29,832 nt of DNA from Fibrobacterota bacterium (GCA_016788315.1 JAEUSG010000385.1:1-29832); one strand, 5' to 3'; shown: positions 8,390 to 18,600, counted from the stretch's first letter. The notes: generated from the sequence alone by a model not told the origin. A program made the numbers and translations.

Positions 8390-8405
8390 TGTTTCACGTG
8401 AAACT
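8390..8405. promoter_or_regulatory. parS site 2, a 15/16 match (tgtttcacgtgaaact).
   Basis: It shares an identical 16-bp core (ttgtttcacgtgaaac) with site 1, which lies 1080 bp away. It sits between the repeat array and the DnaA-box cluster. Confidence 0.75.
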
Positions 8406-8479
8406 AAGCTTTGAACATCCACTGATTTAAGATCTTTATTTGTATTCAGTATGTATAAACTAAAAACATAAATAGAAAA

Positions 8480-8634
8480 GCATGTTAAAAATGTTGATAA
8501 GTACATAAATGTTGATAAATCAATATCTTGCAATATCTAAATATTGTTGATAACTTTGATTATAAATGTTTATATCTTTTTGATAAAGATTGGTTTATAA
8601 ACATTGTGGATAAGTTCAATAGTTATAAACAAGA
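8480..8634. promoter_or_regulatory. Putative oriC core: a DnaA-box cluster plus an AT-rich unwinding region.
   Basis: Five co-oriented DnaA-box-like 9-mers are present: TGTTGATAA at 8492-8500, 8510-8518 and 8545-8553; TTTTGATAA at 8578-8586; and the perfect E. coli-type TGTGGATAA at 8605-8613. They are interspersed with very AT-rich tracts (ttataaatgtttatatcttttt) and lie immediately beside dnaA. Confidence 0.55.
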
Positions 8635-9936
8635 TTATTGGTCGATTATCAACTTTGTAATGTTGAAAACATCATTACTTACTGTCTGATCTTTTTCTAT
8701 CAATTTTTCAATAGTTTGACATCCATGAATAATAGTACTGTGATCTTTCATAAATATCTTACCAATACTTTTTAATGTTGAATTAGTCATTTTCTTAGAA
8801 AGGTACATAGCCATCTGCCGAGGAATTACATTCTCTTTTTCGCGGCTTCCCTTAATAATCTTTTCTTTGGATGTCTTATAATATTGTGCAACTTTATCTA
8901 CTACCTCTTCCACGTATACCTTCTTCATACCGGAATCATTTTTAAAACTCAATATTTCTACAGCTTTTGTATAATCGACATCAACATTATACATAGAAGA
9001 ATATGCCAGAATTTTAATCAGGTATCCTTCCATTTCCCTAATATTACTTGAAGCATTCCTTGCAATGTACTCAATAACATCTTCAGATATATTCAACTGA
9101 TTTTTTGTAGCCTTCTTATGAAGTATTGCTACTTTGGTTTCAAAGTTTGGCGGTTGAATATCAACGGTTAACCCAGACTGAAATCTTGAAACAAGTCTAT
9201 CCTCAAGGCCATCAAGATCTTTTGGGATTTTATCACTTGTAATTACAATCTGTTTCTTGGAAAGAAAAAGGTCATTAAAAATGTGAAAAAAGACCTCTTG
9301 AGTTCCCTGTTTCCCCGAAAGGAATTGAATATCATCCATTAACAGAAGATCACAGTTTTTATAAAGAATACTGAATTCGTCGCTTTTTTTCTGTTCTATG
9401 AACTTTATGTATTCATCAACAAATTGAACAGAGCTGGTATAAACGACATTAGCCTTTTGATTTGAGGCTAAAACATGATTTCCTATAGCCTGCAAGAGAT
9501 GTGTTTTACCTAAACCGCTCTTTCCATATATAAAGAGGGGATTAAATTTGGTCGCGCCGGGTGTTCCTGCAACTGCAAAAGCAGCAGAATGGGCAAATTC
9601 ATTGTTTTTTCCTACAATAAAGCTGTCAAAATTGTAGTCTTTGTTGAGATTTGTTTTAAGCCTATTGTTTTTAAGTGTGTCAGCTATATTGAGATCAGAC
9701 TCAAATTTTACTACCAGGCTCTTTCCGGAGAGCTTTGCGACTGTTTCACATATGACATCGCTGAACTTATCTTCTAGGAAATGTGAATGAATTTCTCCTT
9801 TTGAGGTTAAAAGGACTATCTCAGAATTACTGATATCCTTAACTCTTAAAGGTTCAATCCAGGTTTTGTAGCTTTCTGCGGGAATCTGGCTGCTTATTTC
9901 AATAAGGCAGTTATTCCAAAAAGATTGTATATCCAT
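8635..9936 (-). CDS. dnaA: Chromosomal replication initiator DnaA.
   Basis: AAA+ Walker A (GKSGLGKTHLLQAIGN) and the C-terminal DnaA DNA-binding domain are present. The likely true start is the ATG at 9934-9936 (MDIQSFWNNC...), which has AGGAGA about 13 nt upstream. The ORF-track N-terminal extension to 10041 overlaps rpmH and is unlikely to be real. Confidence 0.9.
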   Translation of the reverse strand: MDIQSFWNNCLIEISSQIPAESYKTWIEPLRVKDISNSEIVLLTSKGEIHSHFLEDKFSDVICETVAKLSGKSLVVKFESDLNIADTLKNNRLKTNLNKDYNFDSFIVGKNNEFAHSAAFAVAGTPGATKFNPLFIYGKSGLGKTHLLQAIGNHVLASNQKANVVYTSSVQFVDEYIKFIEQKKSDEFSILYKNCDLLLMDDIQFLSGKQGTQEVFFHIFNDLFLSKKQIVITSDKIPKDLDGLEDRLVSRFQSGLTVDIQPPNFETKVAILHKKATKNQLNISEDVIEYIARNASSNIREMEGYLIKILAYSSMYNVDVDYTKAVEILSFKNDSGMKKVYVEEVVDKVAQYYKTSKEKIIKGSREKENVIPRQMAMYLSKKMTNSTLKSIGKIFMKDHSTIIHGCQTIEKLIEKDQTVSNDVFNITKLIIDQ

Positions 9937-10025
9937 AAGTTTAGTTTTATCTCCTAGGTTGAAAATAATTATTTTAGCAAACTCTCTAAGTACATATAAA
10001 AGAAGAAAAAGAAAGGGATTATTAA

Positions 10026-10175
10026 ATGCGTCAGCAGACACTCAACAGAACATCCAACAAGAAGCGGACAACAAAACACGGTTTCCGTAAGAGAATGAAA
10101 ACAAAGAACGGCAGAAAAGTTCTTGCTAACAGACGTAAAAAGGGACGTAAGAAGTTAACAGTTTCTGACGAATAA
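10026..10175 (+). CDS. rpmH: 50S ribosomal protein L34.
   Basis: I translated this by eye. The 49-aa product is [49 protein letters not shown], which matches the L34 family (KRTxxHGFRxRMxTKxGRxVLxxRRxKGRKxL). It is absent from the ORF track because it is under 60 aa. Confidence 0.85.
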   Translation: MRQQTLNRTSNKKRTTKHGFRKRMKTKNGRKVLANRRKKGRKKLTVSDE

Positions 10176-10187
10176 TTCTTTAAAATT

Positions 10188-10481
10188 TTGAAGCCGACAT
10201 TTCTCGGGAAAAAATTTAGGGGAGAGCTCTTTGATTTTATTATCAGGATTGACAAACAAAAGTCGGTCCTTCAGCTGTTCTTTTCAATATCAAAGAAACA
10301 TTTTAATGCCGTAAAAAGGAACACCATTAAGCGAAGGATAAAAGAGTTTTACAGAACACAATATCCTTCGCTTACAGGTGAACTTCATTATTTTATTAGA
10401 AAGCCTTTTTCTCTTTCAAACAAAGAGATTCTTCGAAACGCAATGAATAAGTCATTAGAAAAGATCATAGAGATTAAATGA
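10188..10481 (+). CDS. rnpA: Ribonuclease P protein component RnpA.
   Basis: The RnpA signature AVKRNTIKRRIKE is present. It sits directly downstream of rpmH as in most bacteria. The start appears to be TTG and its exact position is uncertain. Confidence 0.7.
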   Translation: MKPTFLGKKFRGELFDFIIRIDKQKSVLQLFFSISKKHFNAVKRNTIKRRIKEFYRTQYPSLTGELHYFIRKPFSLSNKEILRNAMNKSLEKIIEIK

Positions 10482-10687
10482 GAAAAGTTCTTATTCTTCT
10501 ATTGAAATTTTACAAAATGGCAATTTCGCCATTCATCGGCAGGGCTTGCATATACGAACCGACATGCTCTGTTTACGCGATGGAGGCAATAAAAAAACAT
10601 GGTCCATTCAAAGGGTTATTGATGTCCGGCTACAGAATATTACGCTGCAATCCGTTCAGCAGAGGTGGTTTTGACCCGGTTGTTTAG
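10478..10687 (+). CDS. yidD: Membrane protein insertion efficiency factor YidD.
   Basis: A YidD/haemolytic-domain motif is present (SPFIGRACIYEPTCSVYAMEAIKKHGPFKG...CNPFSRGGFDPV). The start overlaps the rnpA stop as ATGA. Confidence 0.8.
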   Translation: MRKVLILLLKFYKMAISPFIGRACIYEPTCSVYAMEAIKKHGPFKGLLMSGYRILRCNPFSRGGFDPVV

Positions 10688-10723
10688 TTGTTTGTTAAGT
10701 TAATTATGCAGGAGTATTTATAA

Positions 10724-12508
10724 ATGTTTAATAAAAATTTCATAATAGCCTTTGCTCTGATTTTCGCCTCATTTGTTTTCTTCAACGGCGATTTCTGGAA
10801 TTATAAAATTCTTGGCAAAGAGAAGCCTGTACCGGCTTCCGCTGCTCCTGCTGCTGAAAAGTCTGTAAAAACACACACATCAGCTCCGGCGGAAATAAAA
10901 GAGACGACTGAGAACAAGTTAGCTCCTGTTGATTCTACCGTTCTATCTGTAGATTCATTGAAACAATTATCAAAAACAATTATCGTCAGCAATGGTCTTT
11001 ACACGGCAAGAATATCAACATATGGAGCTATTGCTACCGCCTGGTCTATTCCGGAGTATAAGGATTTTAAGGGCAAGACTTACAACCTCGTTTCAGATAC
11101 TGCTCTGGGTATTTTCAATCTTGAGATTGAAGGCGTCGATTTTGATAAAACTCTTTTTACAACAGATGCCCCTGATTCTCAATACATAACAACAGAAACA
11201 AGCATCTCATTTAAAACGGTCACGCTGGAAGGGAAAACTGTTGAGAAAGTATTTACATTCAGACCTAAAGCATATGATATAACAGTAAAACTTAGCAGTA
11301 CAGATAATATTAAAGGGAAATATCAGTTTGGATGGAAGGGTGGAATCAGAGAGAGTGAAAAAGATGTTGACACCAAACTAGCAGATCAATCTCTCACCTT
11401 TTACCTAGGCGGGGAAGAGGATGATGTTGACAGACCGGTTGAAAATGACGATACTGCAAAAGATGTAGAAGGGTTGCTTAAATGGGCATCTTTAAGATCA
11501 AAATATTTCAGTGGAACTTTTGTCCCAGATTCTGTTGGAGATTTTACAGTATATACGAGAAAGATTGCAAAAACTGAAGAGTCAGGGAATCCTTTAAATT
11601 TTTCATTAGTATATGAGGGCAGACTGGAACAGGGCAGTGCTCTTTATAAAGTAATTTTAATTCCTAGCAGACATTCAATTCTTACGTCATATAATATTCA
11701 GTTAGAAAAAATATTGTTTAAAGGGTATGCAGTATTCTTTAAGGCAGACATCTGGTTTCCAAAACTCTGCGGTCTTCTTTTAACTCTTCTAAATTATTTC
11801 TATGGATTAATTCCAAATTATGGAATTGCAATTCTCCTCCTTACTTTGCTTACGAAAATAGTTACGCTTCCGTTGACGATCAAAAGTACAAGATCGATGG
11901 CCCGAATGAAGCTGATGGCTCCGAAAATTAAGGTCATACAGGAAAAGCATAAAGGCGATCCGATGGCTCAGCAGCAGGCCATGATGAAGATGTACAAGGA
12001 TGAGGGGATCAGTCCACTTGGGGGAGCGGGTGGCTGTCTACCAATGATCCTTCAAATGCCTATTTTCATCGCATTGTTTGTTGCACTTCGAAAGGCGATA
12101 GAGCTTCGCGGCGCTGATTTTGCTTTTTGGATACATGACCTTTCAGCACCTGAGGTCCTTGTAGCTCTGCCATTCAGCATACCATTTTTCGGGGCTCATC
12201 TTTCACTGCTTAACATAATTATGGCTGTCAGTATGTTCTTTCAGAGTAAGCAGACAATGACCGGAAACGATCCGAACCAGAAGATGATGGTTTATTTCAT
12301 GCCTGTAATGATGTTCTTTATGTTCAATAACATGCCGGCAGGACTTCTCCTCTATTGGTCTTTAAGTAATATTTTGGGTATTGCTCAGAATTTTTTCATT
12401 AAATTCGATCCCGAAGAATTGAAAAAAGATACTGTTAAAAAGAAGAAAAGTCTTTGGGGCAAAAAGCCATCCTACAATGAAATTCTCAAAAGGATGGGTA
12501 AGAAATAA
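10724..12508 (+). CDS. yidC: Membrane protein insertase YidC.
   Basis: An N-terminal TM segment and a large periplasmic domain are present. The C-terminal YidC/Oxa1 core has conserved motifs (LLTKIVTLPLTIKSTRSMARMKLMAPKIKVIQEKHKGDP...MYKDEGISPLGG). An AGGAGT Shine-Dalgarno sequence lies upstream. Confidence 0.9.
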   Translation: MFNKNFIIAFALIFASFVFFNGDFWNYKILGKEKPVPASAAPAAEKSVKTHTSAPAEIKETTENKLAPVDSTVLSVDSLKQLSKTIIVSNGLYTARISTYGAIATAWSIPEYKDFKGKTYNLVSDTALGIFNLEIEGVDFDKTLFTTDAPDSQYITTETSISFKTVTLEGKTVEKVFTFRPKAYDITVKLSSTDNIKGKYQFGWKGGIRESEKDVDTKLADQSLTFYLGGEEDDVDRPVENDDTAKDVEGLLKWASLRSKYFSGTFVPDSVGDFTVYTRKIAKTEESGNPLNFSLVYEGRLEQGSALYKVILIPSRHSILTSYNIQLEKILFKGYAVFFKADIWFPKLCGLLLTLLNYFYGLIPNYGIAILLLTLLTKIVTLPLTIKSTRSMARMKLMAPKIKVIQEKHKGDPMAQQQAMMKMYKDEGISPLGGAGGCLPMILQMPIFIALFVALRKAIELRGADFAFWIHDLSAPEVLVALPFSIPFFGAHLSLLNIIMAVSMFFQSKQTMTGNDPNQKMMVYFMPVMMFFMFNNMPAGLLLYWSLSNILGIAQNFFIKFDPEELKKDTVKKKKSLWGKKPSYNEILKRMGKK

Positions 12509-12664
12509 AATATCTGTGAACAGTGTGTTGCTGATCACAGATTTAACTCGTAAGATTGCCGATACTTATTAGGTCTGTCTCAAGCAGAATTTGAAGATTT
12601 TTCCCTTTTAGTATATATATATGTATGGGGATAGGTTTTTACAGATAAGCTGGAGGGAGATTAG

Positions 12665-15600
12665 TTGAAAAAGTTAGGATTTCTTCTATTTTTTGCCGTT
12701 TTCTGCTATTCAGCAGATTCTACGCACGTATTCTGGAATAAATGTGTAACTAACGGCTATTCAGTTTCATCCAATCCAGGTCCAAATCTGCCTTCCGTTT
12801 CTGTGAAACATGAAGGAATGGTAGCAACAGGCTCATATGATGTTTCGGGGAACTTCGTTAATACAGAATTTAGTCTGGGTTCAGGCCATTATGATAACAG
12901 AGGTAAAAGTTCATTTGTCTGGTTTAAAGATCTCAACCATTTACAGGGAACAGTAACTACTGCAAAACTCAGAGGAGAATATAAAGACGGCTTTTCAGAT
13001 ACAGCATTATGCAGCAATGGCCCCATCTCTCTTCGGGTTGGTATTGTTGATTTTTCACAGAACCTGAATATGATGGGTGGTGAAAGCGGAGTGCCGGAAA
13101 ATGCGGTATGGCAGGATTATGATAATCGCCTGCAGTACGATATGTCCTATTCAAATGGTTTTACAGGACTAATGGCAGAAGACAGTGTAAACATCTCAGC
13201 GTTATCCGGACGGAGCGGCAGATTTATCCGCAGCGTTCTTGATAAACAGTTTTTTGAAATTGATGTTACAAAACAGATCAATTGGATTCTTTCACACACC
13301 GGTTCAAATAAGGGGGGATTCAGCGGTCAATATGCAATTGTATTGCTTTCACCGGTAGGTAAAGGTAGCACTGGCAGGGTAACTCTATACAGTACCGAAG
13401 ATGGCATTTTAGGACCATCTGAAGAGGGGAGTGATTCGGCGTGGACCTCTGATGGAAACACAATCCATCTAGTTGCATCAGGAAATCTCATTCCAGCTGC
13501 CCCGGATACCTTACCCGGGTTCATTTTTGACGTTTGGAACGATGCTGATTCAGCAGCAGTTACTGTAGGTTTAAACAATTTCAAAAAGACAGTAGATTCT
13601 ATCTTTGTTTACAGAGATAGTATATTAATTCATCAACAAAAAAATGAATTCTACCGCATATGGGATGTAAACACCTCTATTTACAAAAATGCTTTTTACA
13701 CTCTTGCCATAAAATATACTGACGCATCAACAGATACATTTTTCAAATATTATAGGGCATATATACCATCCTTTAACGGGTGGTTTAGAAATGACATTCG
13801 CAGAATAGTTATTGATTGGGGATTTTCAGGAGCAAGAACAGATAGTTATGAATTATTCAGAGACGGGGTTAAACTAGGATCTTTTCCAGATTCTGTTCGT
13901 TCATTTACTGATAACGGAGCGGATCCATATCAGGATCACAGATATAAAATGGTCTTTCATTTTGTAAACAATGGGAGAACGGATTCAATTTTTTACAACT
14001 ATCAGGCTGCCATGGCACCGGAACCGGAACTTTGGTGCGGAAACACCTCTCTTCTTCAGACAATGATGTCGGGTAAAGGGGTTGTATATAAACAGAGATA
14101 TAGCACACACCATCGAAATGTAACATCAGTTTCTCTTCCATTTACCATTCCATCCTTTGAGGGAGGAATTTACATAACAGGAAACATAGATTCTATCGGT
14201 TTTGATACTTTGGTTGCTATCGCAGCATACGATACCTGCAGTCATCTTCCCATTTATAAATCTGGACAGGACAATATTGTTTTTGCAGCACTCGATGATA
14301 TAAGCTGGCTTCGCGGTCCTACAATGTGGACCTGGTTTAATCATGCAAGTAAACTTCCATTTGTCAACTGGAATAATGTTCACAAACCAGTAAAGTTTTA
14401 TACGATTTATAGAGATGGAGTTTATGCAGGAACTCCATCGATAAATGATATGCAGTATGCGGATACAACGGCTGATATTTATACAGATCATAATTATCAG
14501 ATGATCATAACATATCAGGACTTTTCTACAGACACATTGAATGCATTATACTCAAGACAGACTCCTCCACAGCCCCAGCCATATTGCGGATCTCCATCTG
14601 TTGCCGGAAATGTTATTTCCACCAAGGGACTGCTATGCCGAATCGGTGGGGATTCACTGTTTCGCCAGGTAACAAATCCAGGGGTACCATTCCCTGCTCC
14701 GAAATCTCCAATGCATACATTGGTTGTGGGTAAAGTTGATTCCATTACGGATACGCTAGTAATTCTCGGGAAAGGGGATAGCTGCGGTTCGCTCTTTTTA
14801 TCAAACGGTAAAGCGGTTGCTGCAAAGTTAAATGAATATAATTACATCCGTGGAGTACAATTCTGGGCTTACTATGATAACTGGCCGAAAAAGGTTAGAG
14901 TTGACTGGACTGGGATAGGTAAATCTGTTAACTACTATGAAATACTCAGAAATTCGGTTAGAGTTGCAACATTTCCAGGCGTTAATGGAACAGGATGGAT
15001 TGACACAGCAGTAAGCCCATATGCGAATTACACGTACAGATTGCGCGTCTTTTTTATGGATTCGACAGCAGATAGCGCTGATGCAGATTATAAGGCAGTT
15101 GCGATTCCTCCTCCTGCTCCATTCTGCGGAACACGGACAGAAGCGCAGAATAGTGTCAATTCAAGAGGGATAACCTGTATTTCAAACCATGATTCACTTT
15201 TGCAGAATGTTTCAATTGCCGGACCTGTATTTCCTGCTCCGAAATCTCCTTCAAATTATTTGATACCTGGAAAAATAGGAACAGCTTCAGACACCTTTGT
15301 AATCCTTGGAAGTGGTGATTCATGCGGTAAGCTTCATTTTGCAAAAGATAGCAAACAGGCCGTAGCAAGGCTTAATGAATACAGCTATATCAGAGGGCCG
15401 ACATTGAATGTATGGTATCATGATGGGATGCAGGTTGTAAAGATTCAGTGGAATGGGATAGGAGGATCTGTTGATTATTTTGAACTTCTGCGCGATGGAC
15501 AGACAATAGTCAGCAATTATAACGGAACATGGAATTATGATGACTATTCAGCGGATGCATTTACAAATCACACATATCTTTTGCGCATATTTAAGAGCGG

Positions 15601-18600
15601 AGTTGCCATAGATTCCTTGACCGCTGGCTATATGGCTAAAAACCCTTATCAGAATCCTGTTGTGTGGTGCGGTTCACCAGGAATTCTGCAGGATACACTA
15701 TCAAGACATGGATCATCGCTTCGTGTACATTGGGATACGTTGCCCATACCTGTTTCAAGAGTGGATAATCCATTTTCAAACAGTAAATATCCTGGTGCAG
15801 TGCTGATGCTGGGTGAGTGGTTTGATAAGGAAAAGAATGTTACAGTAACAGATACAATGGTGGCAATGGGAATTAATGGAAAATGCGCAAGTTTGATAAT
15901 GAGTAAAACAAGTGCAGCATATTTTTGGAGGCTTAAAGACTGCTATATGCTTCAACCTCCCTATTTCTCAGCCTGGTGGCAGCAGGATTCCGGTTTTATA
16001 AGAGTTGAATGGGGAAATTTCAAGCGGCCGGTTGAAGGGTATGTTCTTTACAGGGATACAACGAGAATATATAGCGCTACCGGTACAAATGTCTGGCATT
16101 TCTTTGACAGATCCGGAGTAAAAGAAAATAATTATCAGTATAAGATTCTTGTAAACTACCAGGATTCGACCTCTGAATGGTTTTATGCCAACTACAGCAA
16201 TCAGGGAGGAAACACAGGAAAAGAGATGCCGCCGATCTACTGCGGTACAGATGCTATGCTAACGGCTGCTTTAGCAGGAAAAACGGTGCAGTTCATTGTG
16301 CCGTGGGATTCAGCAGCCAGACCTTTTACCAGAAGCAGCAACCCTTTTCTGCTGCAGGGAACTTCAAATGTTTGGGCTCTCTTAGGAAAAGAGGGCAGCA
16401 ATACGTATTCGGATACTTTTCTCGCTTTAGGCAAAATTGGAACGTGTTCGGATCCTCTTTTTTCTAAAGATATGAAGTCGGTTGTCTTTGCAAGAATTCA
16501 GGAATATCCATTCATCCGTGGACCTAGACTGATGTCATGGTTTTTCTACGACAGCAACTGTGTCTCACTTAACTGGGGCGGATTTCAGGGTACAGTAACT
16601 ACCGCTACACTTTTCAGGGATAATCAGTTTGTTAAATCATTTCCTGGAAGTTCTACATTCTATAATGATTATATGACTGATCCGTCGATAAAACATCTCT
16701 ATGTTCTTATAGTAAAGACAGGAACATCAACAGACACACTATACTCTAATTACAGTAAAGATGGGGACGGCGGCGGAAGTGGAGGAGGCCGTGATTTTAA
16801 TTTTGACGGTAAATGGGGATATGAAGGCTCATATACCTTTAACTTGATGAAAATGACAGGCAACAAGGCAGATTCCGGTAAAAGCGGATATGTTTACAGA
16901 TGGGGTATAAAGAAAGAATCCGTTATAATTGATTCTGTAACAAGACTCCTTCAGACGCCGGTAACGTTTAATGTTTCGTTCAGAAAAATTACTGATGCCT
17001 CTTTTATAAACCTGTTATCATTTTCTGTCAAAAAGGCAGACAGCTGTTATGGATACAATGTGAAGGATACAGTTTTCGGCATAGGAATATATCAGAAAAG
17101 AGTTATTGTTGTAGCTGGGGCAGAAATAGACACTATTTATAATTACTTTACATCAGGAGTAGCAGTTCCGGTCAGCTTAAACAATGTCATATCAATAAAC
17201 CTTTCAAAAATTGCGTCAGTTAATCTTGGAACAAAGAGTACGGCTTTTATAAGCAATTATTCAGAGGATGGAAAATTGCTTCCTGCACCATCCGGGAACA
17301 TGCTGACCTTCAGCCACACTGTGCCGAATGTTAATACTATTTACAAAACAATAAGCTATATAGCAGATGGTCTCCCGTTCGGTCTTATCCTTATGGCTAG
17401 CGGAACTCTTGAAGGGGGTCAGAAAACGCTTTCAGCAGGTCCTGCTAAAGAGGATGGATATGTAACCTTTGACGGGACAGTCAGAATGGAAATTGAAGGA
17501 GAAGGCATACCAAAGAGCGCTTCGGATATGCAGCAATCCGGCAGACAGGATAAAATTCTTTTCTCTTCACTGAGGATATATTCCGGTTCTATGATGGACA
17601 CAGTAAAGCTTCCTCTTGACTCAGGAAAGGTAACATTCAATTCCGGACCCGATCATGCAGGCAAGCGTATCAGTATAAAGGGTATTGATACACTCCTTGG
17701 TATTACAGTTGATGCGCCAGCCGGTCGTGTATTCCATATTGGTGCCTCTGATAAGAGTGTTGTTGGCATAACTAACGGAACGGAGAGTCGATACTATACA
17801 GTTGCTGCAGCGGTTATGGCAGGAGAAAAAACAATTAAACTGCCTGCGGCTGAATATAAGGGAATGCCCATTGCGCTTTATCAAATGGCGGGCATCACAA
17901 TAACAGGTGAAATACAGGGAGAGAAAAAGACTTTAATAGATGCTGATGGAAATGATGCCGGTATATGGCTCAAGGAGGTTGCATCAATAGGAATCAGAGG
18001 AGTATCAGTTCGTAAAGGGAATGTTTCGCTTTCTGCGAATACAGTAAGCGGTATTACATTTGCACAGTGCAGAGTAACAGGCTCGCTTAACGGAGTAGTA
18101 ATATTTGCTCCTGAAGGAGATTCTTTTTCAACACTCAGCCCTAAAACAAAAAATTGCACAATAGAAAACTGCGTTGCTGACAGTATTGCCGGATTTGCCT
18201 TTCTTATAGATAGACCTGTTGATTGCCGTATTGCTAATAATACGGTTGTATCGGCCGTATACGGAGCATATATGGGCCGTGGTGGCAATAGTCGAAAGGT
18301 TTCATTGCCTCTTACCGGTAATACAGCGTCAAATAATATATTCCGAAATTGCAAAGCCGGTTTTGTTCAAGGACTTGATAACAGCATGGACAACATAGGT
18401 TTTACTTATAACGCAAATATATTCCAAAGCTGTGACAGCGGAGCCTTTTCATCAAGTTATACTACTGATCCAGTTTTCCGCACAGTTAGACAGAGTGCTC
18501 CTGCCGGGTGCATTGAAATTGCTGCAAATGAAAATTCAATATCTGCATCTTTCCCGTATATACCCGTTATTGGCAGTTCAGTTCATGATAAAGGTCTTAG

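Larger units (their letters stand above)
7338..8390. repeat. Non-coding mosaic repeat array of about 1.05 kb, bracketed by the two parS sites.
   Basis: It contains 7 co-oriented copies of a ~24-29-mer (AAAAAGATCCATCTGTTATTTTTGTAAAA). It contains 11 copies of the 15-bp element CTTCGAGAGCCTCAG, or its reverse complement CTGAGGCTCTCGAAG, in both orientations. A ~140-bp composite segment is duplicated: 7815-7960 is similar to 8245-8385. The only ORFs are short (under 80 aa, overlapping the repeats) with no plausible coding composition. Confidence 0.75.

Noticed and set aside
12512-12542. 8-bp inverted repeat (atctgtga ... tcacagat) just after the yidC stop. It could be a terminator or operator.
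   Set aside because: The stem is short with a 15-nt loop, and no U-tract follows. It is not convincing as an intrinsic terminator and no recognisable operator consensus is present.
13905-18354. Antisense and overlapping ORFs inside the giant gene (for example 14126-14491, 17881-18354 and 16237-16434 on the minus strand) and inside other genes (1932-2225, 3389-3613, 6817-7063, 26362-26562, 28387-28569).
   Set aside because: They are embedded in or antisense to long ORFs with clear domain content. They have no Shine-Dalgarno sequence or start context and no recognisable motifs. They are typical frame-shadow ORFs.
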